Part shown: positions 9,050 through 17,566 of the stretch, piece after piece
Numbering within the stretch: the first letter of the stretch is position 1
How the letters are laid out: each line of letters begins with the position of its first letter
Source: a virus
Lineage: Duplodnaviria > Caudoviricetes
DNA: 64,000 nucleotides
Strand: one strand, 5' to 3'
IMG/VR virus record: IMGVR_UViG_3300014205_000021
Span: 3,207-67,206 of that record
The notes under the pieces: model-generated
What the model saw: the letters and a program-made list of their open reading frames with translations, nothing else
Database searches by the model: none
Told to the model about the DNA's origin: nothing
Made by a program: the position numbers and the translations under genes

Positions 9050-9975
9050 GATCCCTCGACGGGCTGAAACATTCCATCGCCGGCGATCGAGAACGCGGGA
9101 TATTCGCCGGATTTGTATTTCGCCCAGAGGGCGTCGTCCTTGATGAAGGCCCCGATGATCCAGCCCTCTTGCTGCGAGCTGATGCCGAGCAGCTTCATGA
9201 TGTCGTTCGTGAGCACGAAGCTATGAATGATATCGGCTTTTTGGATCGGCTGGTTTTTCGCATCCCGCTCGTGCATCTCCGCGCCGACGCGGACTTCCTT
9301 CATGAATTGCGTCGCGGCTTTCTCGAGCACTTCCGGCTGGATGATATCGCCGTGCAGATCTTCGACCTCAACGCCATTCTTCGAGACGACCGAGGCCCAG
9401 CCGTAAACCATCCGCTGCTCTTCGTCGATCTTCACGACGCGGCAGAGCTGCTTCTGCGTTGCGGCGGCTTTAGACAAACGCCCCTCCTGGACTGATGCTG
9501 TCCAGCCCTCGGAAATCTCATTGAACTTCTCGGGGCCGAAAATCAAGGGGCCGCGGTATGGCTCGACCGTCGATAGGTCGATCCCCTCGCCGTTGTACGT
9601 GATCGTCACGTGCGGCTGGTAGGACTCGTAATCCCAACTCGCACCTGCGTTTTTGATCTGCTGCCACCGTGCGGCCAGCGCCGCCGAGGAGAAGCCCAGC
9701 ACGACGGCTTCGCCCTCGGGCCCGAGCTGCTTGATCTGCCGGTCGTCACTGGCCGGCACTTCGAGCGGGCGGTCGTCCGGAATGATCGTGTCCCAATCGA
9801 CCGGCTGCTTCGAGAATGCGATTGTCACATGCAACTCGCCCGGGACGAAGGCGCTCTCGAACCCCTGCGCGGCCGCCCATGCGAGGAAGTCCGCCGAATT
9901 TTCAAGATCGCGCGAAACGTAGAGCGTTTTCGGTTCGGCTTTCGCCGCCCGGATGGCGAATCGCGTCCGCTTCAT
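9046..9975 (-). CDS. Fusion: Acb1-like 2H phosphodiesterase plus XkdF-like prohead serine protease
   Basis: ATG at 9975 (ATGA overlap); two HxT motifs (LHVTIAFS, YQPHVTITY) with GASWD; then VYGWAS...DLHGDII...EMH...GWII...FSIAG. Confidence 0.8.
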   Translation of the reverse strand: MKRTRFAIRAAKAEPKTLYVSRDLENSADFLAWAAAQGFESAFVPGELHVTIAFSKQPVDWDTIIPDDRPLEVPASDDRQIKQLGPEGEAVVLGFSSAALAARWQQIKNAGASWDYESYQPHVTITYNGEGIDLSTVEPYRGPLIFGPEKFNEISEGWTASVQEGRLSKAAATQKQLCRVVKIDEEQRMVYGWASVVSKNGVEVEDLHGDIIQPEVLEKAATQFMKEVRVGAEMHERDAKNQPIQKADIIHSFVLTNDIMKLLGISSQQEGWIIGAFIKDDALWAKYKSGEYPAFSIAGDGMFQPVEGS

Positions 9976-10175
9976 TTCCGCACCCAGAGCAGCCGCCGGC
10001 CGCCGGGGTTCGGCTTGTAAATGCGCGAAACCGCATCCCAGCCGGCACGCAGGCTTTCCTCGAAAGAACCGCCGGCGCGCGCCGCGGCATTCGCGGCTGT
10101 GCAAAACTCGCTTTGCGCCGCATCGTTCAACAGCTTTTTGACCGCCCACGGTAAATCATCATTGCTTGGAAACAT
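9972..10175 (-). CDS. chaB: ChaB-family protein
   Basis: FPSNDDLPWAVKKLL..AQSEF..AAN....AGWDAVSRIY...W matches the ChaB pattern. Confidence 0.7.
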   Translation of the reverse strand: MFPSNDDLPWAVKKLLNDAAQSEFCTAANAAARAGGSFEESLRAGWDAVSRIYKPNPGGRRLLWVRK

Positions 10176-10418
10176 CGCCCCACCTAGCTTCCCTTCGCAT
10201 GTCAGGCACCGACTCCCTTTCGCGCTTTCTGAGCGCCACTCAACCGAACCGGACGCTCGCGCCCGAGGAGCTGGGCGACAACGTCGGCTTGCTCTGCATC
10301 GTCGCGGATATCTGGGAACGCCTCGACGTCGAAGCCGCGATGGCGGTCGCGCCCTTCTCGCGCGATATTTTTGGGCATCTTCGCCAGACTTGCGAAATCG
10401 CCGGTCTGCTGATTTTGC

Positions 10419-11507
10419 TCAAGAGCCTCCCCCCACCGAATACCCTCTGCCGGCCAGCGGGACATAACGATAAATCACCGCGCACCGGCAATTGATCGTA
10501 TTCGCGGCCACGCCCGCCGGGTCGCCGGGATACATCAGGGGCCCGAGCGGTGTTTGAAACGGCTCGTTCAACCCCACGCCGTCCGGGTTCATACTCGGGA
10601 TCGCGATATGCGCATCCCGCGCCCTGCCGTCGTGCGTGTAAATCCACGACCGCCGAACTTCCATCGCTTGAAACTGGCCGCTATCGACGGCCTGCTGCCA
10701 GATCTGATGATTGCCGACCTGTGTCGCGCGGATCGCCTCCGTGCGCGCGATCGTCTCGGAGCGATATTTCAGATAGCGATCCGTGTAGCGGTCGACCATT
10801 CGGTCTACCTGCTCGGGTTTGAGATCGAGGTCGCCATCCAGCCAGGCGCGCACCGTCGGGTCGAAACGCTTATCCCGAAGCGCCCGCGCGAGAACATCCC
10901 GATCCTGATTCTCGAGTAGCCGGCGGAAGTTCTGCACCGCCTGCGTTTGCGTATCGGTAAGCCCGATAAAGCGGCGCACATCGCGCGCAACGTCGAGCGG
11001 GTTCCTGCCGGCGGAAACGCCATCGAGAATTGCCCGGCGCACGCTCGAGAGCGAGTCGTCGGCGAGTTGGCGAATAAGCTGCATCTCGTACTGATTGAGA
11101 AAGCCGACCGTTTTCGGGTTCGTCACGCTGAAGACTGTCTCGAGCTGCGTAAACGGAACGTCCGCGACCGCGGTACGCATACCCGTGAGCGCGGCCTCGA
11201 GCGCCCCACGGCTGACCGTATTCGCGAGCTGTTGCCACCCGCCCTGCGTGACCGCCGACTGCACTCTCGCGATAGCTTCCTGCGTGCGCCCCTGCGCGAG
11301 AAGGTCGACCAATTCCTTTAAGTCGATCTTGTCGCGGAGCTGCTCGACCGCCTGCAGAAACGCCGTCGCGATCTCGGGCTTGAGCTGCGTGGCGAGGCGC
11401 CGCAAACGCGCAACGTCGGCCGCGTTGTCGCCGGCGGCTTTCTCGATCGGCTTGCACTCGAAGCGAGGCGCCGTGCTCTTGCGGACGATTACGTTCCCGA
11501 GCGGCAT
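10419..11507 (-). CDS. Head morphogenesis protein (Mu gpF / SPP1 gp7 family)
   Basis: RSETIARTEA...WIYTHDGRARDAH...YPGDP...NCRC. Confidence 0.9.
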   Translation of the reverse strand: MPLGNVIVRKSTAPRFECKPIEKAAGDNAADVARLRRLATQLKPEIATAFLQAVEQLRDKIDLKELVDLLAQGRTQEAIARVQSAVTQGGWQQLANTVSRGALEAALTGMRTAVADVPFTQLETVFSVTNPKTVGFLNQYEMQLIRQLADDSLSSVRRAILDGVSAGRNPLDVARDVRRFIGLTDTQTQAVQNFRRLLENQDRDVLARALRDKRFDPTVRAWLDGDLDLKPEQVDRMVDRYTDRYLKYRSETIARTEAIRATQVGNHQIWQQAVDSGQFQAMEVRRSWIYTHDGRARDAHIAIPSMNPDGVGLNEPFQTPLGPLMYPGDPAGVAANTINCRCAVIYRYVPLAGRGYSVGGGS

Positions 11508-13630
11508 CAGCTTTTCTTAAAGTTTGCGGCCCTGAGCGCTGCAATATAATGCTGCTCGTAAGGCCCGGAGAGATCATAGTTTTGCAAAACTTTATCCGCC
11601 GAGCCCCCCTCGTCTTGTAACATCTCTAGCGACTGGCCGATAATTTGATGCACATGATCTGAATGCAATGCGCCGACATTTCGGATAGCGGATCGCATTT
11701 CGCTCACGTTTGCTCCTCGCGCATTGTCGCGAATTTGCGTTACATGGACTTGTTTCGCTCCCAGCTCGCGCAAAGCGTCAAGACGGTGCTGGCCTTCCAG
11801 CACGTCGCCGTTATCGGCGGTGATCAGGCGGGCGATATACCCATCCGCGCCATTCATTCGAGCTTTTAGCCGATCAACCCGCGCGCGCTCTCCCGGATCG
11901 CTGAGATTTACACCGCCGCGAAGAGATTCGATGGGGACGGTTTTATCACCCTGCACTGTAGAATGCTCAAAATTAGAATCCGCGACCTCATGAACATCTT
12001 CCGGCGCCGGATGCACCGCTCCGCCGCCAGCACCATCGGCCCACTTACCATCTTCATCTCGCGGCTGATCGGGATTGTAATCTTTACGGAAGCGCTGCTT
12101 TTGGAAGGGCGGCACCGCTTCCGAATTGCCCGGATCCGAATTATCCGGACGGGCGTTCGGATCATCCACGTTATTGCCGCGGCCGCGGCGTGCGCTCTCG
12201 CCGGCCGTGCCGACGCTGAGCGGAGGCGGCAAGCCGGCGACGTCACGCGAGAATTCGTCGAGCCCTTCATCCGGCAGCGTAACGCCGCTGACGATCAGGT
12301 TGCGCAGATAGTTGCCGAGCTTGTCCAGATCGACCGGCGCGATCCGGCCAGGCTTCATTTGCGGCATCAGATCGCGGTCAAGGCCGTTGTAATCCCAGAT
12401 GCGCGGCAACAAAAACATATTGATCGGGTTCGCGATCGCGTCGAGCAGCGCCTCGAGTGCGTTCATGAAGAACCCGGACTTGTCAGCCGAAAGCGCAAAG
12501 CTGCCGACCGAGTTCGAGCCGAGCATCAGGAAGTCCGCGAGCATGCTCCGGAGCATGTTTTGCTGGTGCCGAGTCGCGACCTTGTCGGTATCGATCGCCC
12601 GCGTGCCGCCAGACGTCAGCAGCCGCAGGTCGACCTTTTTGATTTCCGTCGGGTTGCCGTCCTTGTCGCGCCACGGGTCGCTCGGCAGCAGGAGCCCGCC
12701 CTGCTTATTGAACTTCACGTCGCGCGCAATTTGTTTGTACGCATTGACGATCGCCAAGTCTTTCGGGTCTTGGCTGTTCATCACGTCGGCCGGCAGCGTG
12801 ACGACCGGCAAGCCCGCGAGTTCACGCTCGATGCCGATCACTTCAATTTCCTCGATGCGCTTCAGGAAATACCAACTGCGATATGCATTGCGCAAAAGCG
12901 ACACGCCTTCGGGCGAGTTCTTCCTCGAGACAGTGCGGAAGAGGAGCGCGCGCTGAATCGGGACATACCGCTGGCCGCCCTGCGGCGGTTGCTGCCGCAT
13001 GCCATTGATGCCGCCGTCGTCCTGCATGTCCCAACTAACGAGCGAGTCCTGCGAACGGATTGGCAGCTTCCGGATGCCGACGCGGCCGTCTGTGTATTTC
13101 GACCGCTTCGCCGGATCCTTCTCGTGCGGGCCCACGCGGTTCTTCAGGACGATCTCGTGATAGCTCCACCCGTAGATCATCATCGAGAGGGCTTCGCTGA
13201 TCAGGTCGTCGAACGGGTGGCTCATATCGCCGAACAGCGAAAGCGCGAACTCGGCTTCCCGCTTCGCCTCCGCAGTATCGTTCGCCGCTTCGGCGTCCCA
13301 CGTGACCTTCCGAAGCGTGAGATCGATTGCCCGCATGAACGCGCCGATGTTCGCGTCGTTGTCGGACATTTCGCGGAAGATCGCGACGCCCCGGGTGCCC
13401 CGGAGCTGCGTGAGAAATTCTTCGTTGATGTAGCCGCTGAAAACCTTGAGGCCGGTATTGCCGACCTCTCGCAGGTCGATGCTCGTATCAATCTCGTTGT
13501 CATCCTCGAGAAGCGGAGCCGCCTGGCTGCCAGCGCGCGTCGGCTGCGGGCCGGGATCAATAGGCGATGGCGGGAGCGACGGACCAGCTTGAGCGGACGG
13601 CGCCGACGCCGTTTCCTTTTTGCTTGCCAC
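11507..13630 (-). CDS. Portal protein (DUF935-like) with a C-terminal ParB/Srx-like domain
   Basis: GTG at 13630; REMSDNDANIG, GWSYHEIV, GVSLLRNAY, ERELAGLPVV; then DYNPDQPRDEDGKW linker and VLEGQHRLDALRELG. Confidence 0.85.
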   Translation of the reverse strand: MASKKETASAPSAQAGPSLPPSPIDPGPQPTRAGSQAAPLLEDDNEIDTSIDLREVGNTGLKVFSGYINEEFLTQLRGTRGVAIFREMSDNDANIGAFMRAIDLTLRKVTWDAEAANDTAEAKREAEFALSLFGDMSHPFDDLISEALSMMIYGWSYHEIVLKNRVGPHEKDPAKRSKYTDGRVGIRKLPIRSQDSLVSWDMQDDGGINGMRQQPPQGGQRYVPIQRALLFRTVSRKNSPEGVSLLRNAYRSWYFLKRIEEIEVIGIERELAGLPVVTLPADVMNSQDPKDLAIVNAYKQIARDVKFNKQGGLLLPSDPWRDKDGNPTEIKKVDLRLLTSGGTRAIDTDKVATRHQQNMLRSMLADFLMLGSNSVGSFALSADKSGFFMNALEALLDAIANPINMFLLPRIWDYNGLDRDLMPQMKPGRIAPVDLDKLGNYLRNLIVSGVTLPDEGLDEFSRDVAGLPPPLSVGTAGESARRGRGNNVDDPNARPDNSDPGNSEAVPPFQKQRFRKDYNPDQPRDEDGKWADGAGGGAVHPAPEDVHEVADSNFEHSTVQGDKTVPIESLRGGVNLSDPGERARVDRLKARMNGADGYIARLITADNGDVLEGQHRLDALRELGAKQVHVTQIRDNARGANVSEMRSAIRNVGALHSDHVHQIIGQSLEMLQDEGGSADKVLQNYDLSGPYEQHYIAALRAANFKKS

Positions 13631-13641
13631 TCGCTCCCCCT

Positions 13642-15051
13642 TTAATCGCGGACTTGGATTGGCATCCCTATCCCGGACTCGGCCAGAACGTCCACCATCA
13701 GATCGGTGAATCCCCAAACGAGGGCGTCCGCCCGGTCGGGCGAGCCTTCGCCCTGATAACCCAGCGTGGAGAAATTGACTAGCTGCTCCTCGAGCGCATC
13801 GAACCTGCCCGCGTGAACGACGAGGCCTTTCTCGTAAAGCGCGCTGATCGGCTCCGCGCGAACTTCCTTGCCGCGGCTCGCCGTCACTTCGCGGAACGCC
13901 ACCGTGGGATCGACCGCCTCGACGACGCCGCGCACCATCCCGCCGCCATAGTTCGTTTCCGCGATGATCCGGTCTGCTTTGTAATCCTGATAGGCCTTCA
14001 CCGCGATAGCGCCCCAGCCGGGCTGCAGCTCGGGCGGCAGCGTCGGGTCGAGCTTCCCGCCCGGGCCCTTGTCGGTCGTAAGATCCCGCAGCAAATACCC
14101 GACGCCCTTTTTGTCGAGGGCCTGCACGGTGATGCCGACCTGATTGCTGCGCTTGTTCTCGTCCTTTCCTTTCGTGCCGCTCGGGTCGATCGCGACGACG
14201 ACCCGTGCGAGATCGGCCGGCACGTCGGCCGGCTCGATCCGGCTCTGCTCGAGCCGCTCGATCGTCCAGAGCGCGTTGTCGATTTCGTTAACGTATAGGC
14301 CCTCGTAAAATCGCTTGCGGTAGCGGCCCGGCAAGTTCTCGTACATGCGCAGCGTCTCGGGCGGGAGCCACGGGTTGTCGACCGGGTTCATAAACATGCG
14401 CTTGTAGTTTTCCGGGTCTTTCAAAAGCGTGCGGCTGAGCGGGTCGCGCAGCTCGCCGAACTCCCGGTTCGTCCAGTGCATCGTGCCGACCGGGTTCAAG
14501 TCGTAGAACGCGCGGAGCTTCAGCCCCGGGACATTCTGCGCAAGACGGGTGCGCAGGATCAGGATCGACGTATAGGGAATCTGCGAGCACTCGTTAGCGA
14601 AGATCGTCGCGTACTCCTGGCCGAGAATTTTGTCCGCGCGCTCTTTGTCATCTAGGCCGCCGAACCATATCTCGGAGCCGTTCGGCAGCACGGCCAAGCC
14701 ATCGGTTTTGTTGAGCGAATAGCCGACGCGCGGAAAACAGAGCTTCATCACCTTCGGGAAGGTGTCGAGCATGATCGACGACTTCACGTGGTTGAAGCGG
14801 AAGCGGACGATCAGATGCCGGCTGCCCGGATGGCGGATCGCGCGGCCGACAAGCATCCGGATGATAAAAAACGTTTTCGTCGACCGGCCACCGCCCACGA
14901 AGAGCGTGTGCATTTGGCCGCCGCCGCAAAGGTCGAGCGCCTCCTCCTGTTTCGGGGAGTAAGCCCCGAGCGGCGGGACGCCCTTAAACTTTGGCTTCGC
15001 GGTCGCTGAACTTGACGATGATCGGGCCACCGCCCGGGCCGCCGATTTCAT
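13642..15051 (-). CDS. terL: Terminase large subunit
   Basis: SPKQ adenine motif, Walker A variant GGGRSTKT, IFANE, DLNP, VVVAIDPS, AETNYGG, PDRADA; GGAAGGA RBS before ATG 15051. Confidence 0.92.
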   Translation of the reverse strand: MKSAARAVARSSSSSATAKPKFKGVPPLGAYSPKQEEALDLCGGGQMHTLFVGGGRSTKTFFIIRMLVGRAIRHPGSRHLIVRFRFNHVKSSIMLDTFPKVMKLCFPRVGYSLNKTDGLAVLPNGSEIWFGGLDDKERADKILGQEYATIFANECSQIPYTSILILRTRLAQNVPGLKLRAFYDLNPVGTMHWTNREFGELRDPLSRTLLKDPENYKRMFMNPVDNPWLPPETLRMYENLPGRYRKRFYEGLYVNEIDNALWTIERLEQSRIEPADVPADLARVVVAIDPSGTKGKDENKRSNQVGITVQALDKKGVGYLLRDLTTDKGPGGKLDPTLPPELQPGWGAIAVKAYQDYKADRIIAETNYGGGMVRGVVEAVDPTVAFREVTASRGKEVRAEPISALYEKGLVVHAGRFDALEEQLVNFSTLGYQGEGSPDRADALVWGFTDLMVDVLAESGIGMPIQVRD

Positions 15052-15370
15052 GTTGTTCCTTCCAGCCGGCGCGGCACTTCAGCCAGAACATCGCGGCTTG
15101 GAAAACGTAAGGCTGGTTGTTCGTCCCGGTCGCGGAGCCGAACAGCTTCGCGATCACCTGACCGTTCGCGCGCGCGCCGCCCGACTCGATTTCTTTTTTG
15201 AAGTGGTTTCGGAAGGTTCGCTCGGAGATTCCCAGCGCGGCCCACAGGAACTTATGCTCGATCCCGCCCGCGATACCGACCGCGACGAGGTTCGATTCCT
15301 CCTCGGTCGGCTTGTATTTGCCCGCCTTGCGGCGGAGCTTCTTCGCTGCGGGGGCTTTGGTTTTTGCCAT
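14984..15370 (-). CDS. terS: Terminase small subunit
   Basis: HTH (LGISERTFRNHF), AAMFWLKCRAGWKE; directly upstream of terL. Confidence 0.85.
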   Translation of the reverse strand: MAKTKAPAAKKLRRKAGKYKPTEEESNLVAVGIAGGIEHKFLWAALGISERTFRNHFKKEIESGGARANGQVIAKLFGSATGTNNQPYVFQAAMFWLKCRAGWKEQHEIGGPGGGPIIVKFSDREAKV

Positions 15371-15412
15371 TGCTTAGCCCTCCGAAGGCCCGAGGCGTAA
15401 CACGCCCGAACG

Positions 15413-15445
15413 CAAAAGCAAAAGCCCCGGCGCGAAGCCGGGGCT
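15413..15445 (-). terminator. Rho-independent terminator
   Basis: AGCCCCGG/CCGGGGCT stem followed by a T-rich tail on the minus strand, after the DUF3489 gene. Confidence 0.7.
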
Positions 15446-15467
15446 CTGTGCTGAAAAGGCCGGGAGT

Positions 15468-16046
15468 TCAGCCCTTGATCGTATAGGTCGTCGTTCCGTC
15501 CTTGCGCGTCGAGACGACCTCGACCTTGCGCTTGACCTTCTGCACCGAGATGAAGGCCCGCAGGCTGTGCGGCTCCCACCCGGTAGCGTCGCAAAGCTCC
15601 GCGACCGTAGCGCCGCCCGAGCGCGCGATCATCTCGAACACGATATCGCCTTTCGGCTTCTCGCCCGTGGGCTTCGCCTTGCGCTCGGCCTTCGGCTTCG
15701 CGCTCGCTTTCGGCTTGCTCGGCTTCGGGGCATTTGCCTTCTTCTCGACCTTGCCCTTTTTCGGTTTCTTCATGGCGTCAATTTCCTTTCGCAGTTTTTT
15801 CGCCTCCCGCCGACGGGATGCCAGCGGCAAAGGCGACATGTGGGTTTCGCGAAGCTGATATTTCAGCTTTGAAACCTTCATCTGATCCTCGTCCGAGAGC
15901 CGCACGGTCGCGGGCTTCGGGCTCGGAGCGACGTTCAGCTTCCGCAGCGCTTCCTCGGCTGCGGCTTGCCGCTCGGCGTTCTTGCCATCGCGGCGGTCGA
16001 GAAACTCCGGAATATCCGGCATCTCGAATTCGGCTCTTTCTTGCAT
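15468..16046 (-). CDS. DUF3489-like winged-HTH protein with a Lys/Pro-rich linker
   Basis: GGATVAELCDATGWEPHSLRAFIS signature; GGAGA RBS before ATG 16046. Confidence 0.75.
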   Translation of the reverse strand: MQERAEFEMPDIPEFLDRRDGKNAERQAAAEEALRKLNVAPSPKPATVRLSDEDQMKVSKLKYQLRETHMSPLPLASRRREAKKLRKEIDAMKKPKKGKVEKKANAPKPSKPKASAKPKAERKAKPTGEKPKGDIVFEMIARSGGATVAELCDATGWEPHSLRAFISVQKVKRKVEVVSTRKDGTTTYTIKG

Positions 16047-16072
16047 CGGATTCTCCATCGGTTGCTGAATCT

Positions 16073-16612
16073 CTAGCCGTGATATCCTTCGGGGCGGCCC
16101 TTGATGTCGAAATAGTTCAGCTCGGTGCGGACATAATAGACAAGCGCTTGCAGTCGCTCGACCGGCGACATGCCCTTCCACTCGTCCTCTTCCTTGCCAG
16201 ACCAGAACTGTGCCGCGACGTCGCCGGACTCAATGCCGAGAACTTCATCGAAACCGATCAGCGCGTTGTCGATATCGTCGTTCTTGATGACTTCCAGCAT
16301 CGCGGGGAGAAGCCCGAGCGGCTTTTTGTTTTCCTCGGGCTTCGGCTCCGAGCGCTCGATGTGCCCCTCGGCCAGCGCCTCCCGCGCGATGCGTAGCCCT
16401 TCGGCGATCATCTCGTCGGTCGTCGCCTTGTTGCAATAGTCTTCCAGCTCCGAGAATTTTCCCGCCGGGATCAGCTTCTCGATGTAATCGAAGAAGCGGT
16501 TCTGCGCGTCGATCTGGCGCTCGCTGCCCCACTCGTTGTCGTTGAGCGGCTTCGCGTCGTTCGCGAGTTCGGCGAGTCGCGCGAGCTTTTCTTCGTTCGG
16601 GTGCGCGCTCAT
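16073..16612 (-). CDS. Hypothetical protein
   Basis: ATG at 16612 overlapping the upstream stop; acidic, helical sequence. Confidence 0.65.
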   Translation of the reverse strand: MSAHPNEEKLARLAELANDAKPLNDNEWGSERQIDAQNRFFDYIEKLIPAGKFSELEDYCNKATTDEMIAEGLRIAREALAEGHIERSEPKPEENKKPLGLLPAMLEVIKNDDIDNALIGFDEVLGIESGDVAAQFWSGKEEDEWKGMSPVERLQALVYYVRTELNYFDIKGRPEGYHG

Positions 16613-16878
16613 TTGCCTGCTCCAAAGTTCCACTCTTTGCGCCAGCCACCGCGCGGGCCAAAGCTAACCAGCCAGCGCTCGTCGTTGCCGCGAAGGACGA
16701 CCATCACTACGCGGCGGGGCTTTACGCTTCCCTCGAAAGATTCGCGCGAGACCCGGCGGGCCTCCGGAAGCGACAAGAGGGCGGCGGCATTCTTCGGGTT
16801 CAGCACTTCGGCAAGGTGCGAAAGATCACCGATCATTTCGCGAGCCGGGTGGTCGGGGGAAGGAAGAGCGAAAGACAT
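16609..16878 (-). CDS. Hypothetical protein
   Basis: AACCGATGGAGA leader, then ATG 16878. Confidence 0.6.
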   Translation of the reverse strand: MSFALPSPDHPAREMIGDLSHLAEVLNPKNAAALLSLPEARRVSRESFEGSVKPRRVVMVVLRGNDERWLVSFGPRGGWRKEWNFGAGK

Positions 16879-16903
16879 GAGAATCTCCATCGGTTCGTTT
16901 GTT

Positions 16904-17101
16904 TTAAGAGCCAACCGCGACGCTATGGGCTCCGCGCTTCTTCGCTTCTTCCTTCGCGGCCTTGCTGGCTTCGGCGAACGTGCCCTGCGCCCAGAAGGCT
17001 TGCTCGACGTTCTTCTTGCCGTCGAAGAAGAAGGCCCAGTGGCCACGGCCCCGGGGCTTCTTCCCGTGGCTGAATTCGTATTCGCGAGTCTCGACTTGCA
17101 T
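16904..17101 (-). CDS. Small phage protein (GKKPRGRGHWAF family)
   Basis: AACCGATGGAGA leader; YEFSHGKKPRGRGHWAF pattern. Confidence 0.65.
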   Translation of the reverse strand: MQVETREYEFSHGKKPRGRGHWAFFFDGKKNVEQAFWAQGTFAEASKAAKEEAKKRGAHSVAVGS

Positions 17102-17320
17102 TTGGCTCTCCATCGGTTCGTTTCTTCAGTACCCGGACACTCGCGTTAATCGCTGCCCGATGCATCAAAAATCGCGATCATTTCATTGCTTTGTTAGGCG
17201 GGTTCCGATCATCCGATGATCGGCGAAATAGCAATTTAATGATCAAGAATTGTGATGCATCGGCTGCCCGATCCACGCCAATGTCCGGGCATCGAAAACG
17301 AACCGATGGAGAAGATCATG
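17099..17320. repeat. Large imperfect inverted repeat: back-to-back duplicated promoter/leader pair
   Basis: Central CCGATCAT-ccg-ATGATCGG (17205-17223); both arms read outward AGCAAT..AATGATC........TGATGCATCGG...TGTCCGGG...AAACGAACCGATGGAGA. Confidence 0.85.
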
Positions 17321-17566
17321 ACCAAGACCCCGCAAGTCCCCGCAATAGCCGGAATGACGCCGCTCGGCCTGCAGCCGAAGGCGCAGAAAGAGCGCCAAGC
17401 GCACGACCTCGGCGAAGGCTGGAATGCGATCTTCAACCGCGATGGATCGCTCACGCTGGTGAACCTTCGCACTCTCGGCGACCGCCTCGACGTTCCTGCG
17501 GCTTCGGTCGAGCGTCTCCGCACGATTCTCGCAAAGACAAAGACCCCGAAAACCGATGACCTTTAA
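17318..17566 (+). CDS. Hypothetical protein
   Basis: GGAGA RBS, ATG 17318. Confidence 0.6.
   Translation: MTKTPQVPAIAGMTPLGLQPKAQKERQAHDLGEGWNAIFNRDGSLTLVNLRTLGDRLDVPAASVERLRTILAKTKTPKTDDL

Noticed and set aside
10176-10421. Stop-codon readthrough fusing MuF to ChaB
   Set aside because: The frame is open, but the linker is Arg/Pro-rich and off-frame-like, and 80 open codons are common at this GC content; kept only as a low-interest possibility.
11963-13645. Long plus-strand ORFs antisense to real genes (also 37359-39188, 27124-28281, 7835-8587, 48506-49510 and many others)
   Set aside because: Shadow ORFs expected in GC-rich DNA; Arg/Ala/Pro-rich with no motifs, and opposite well-supported genes.
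17099-17320. Palindrome as a protelomerase (telRL) site of a linear plasmid prophage
   Set aside because: The arms are imperfect and asymmetric near the centre; no protelomerase or partition genes are present.
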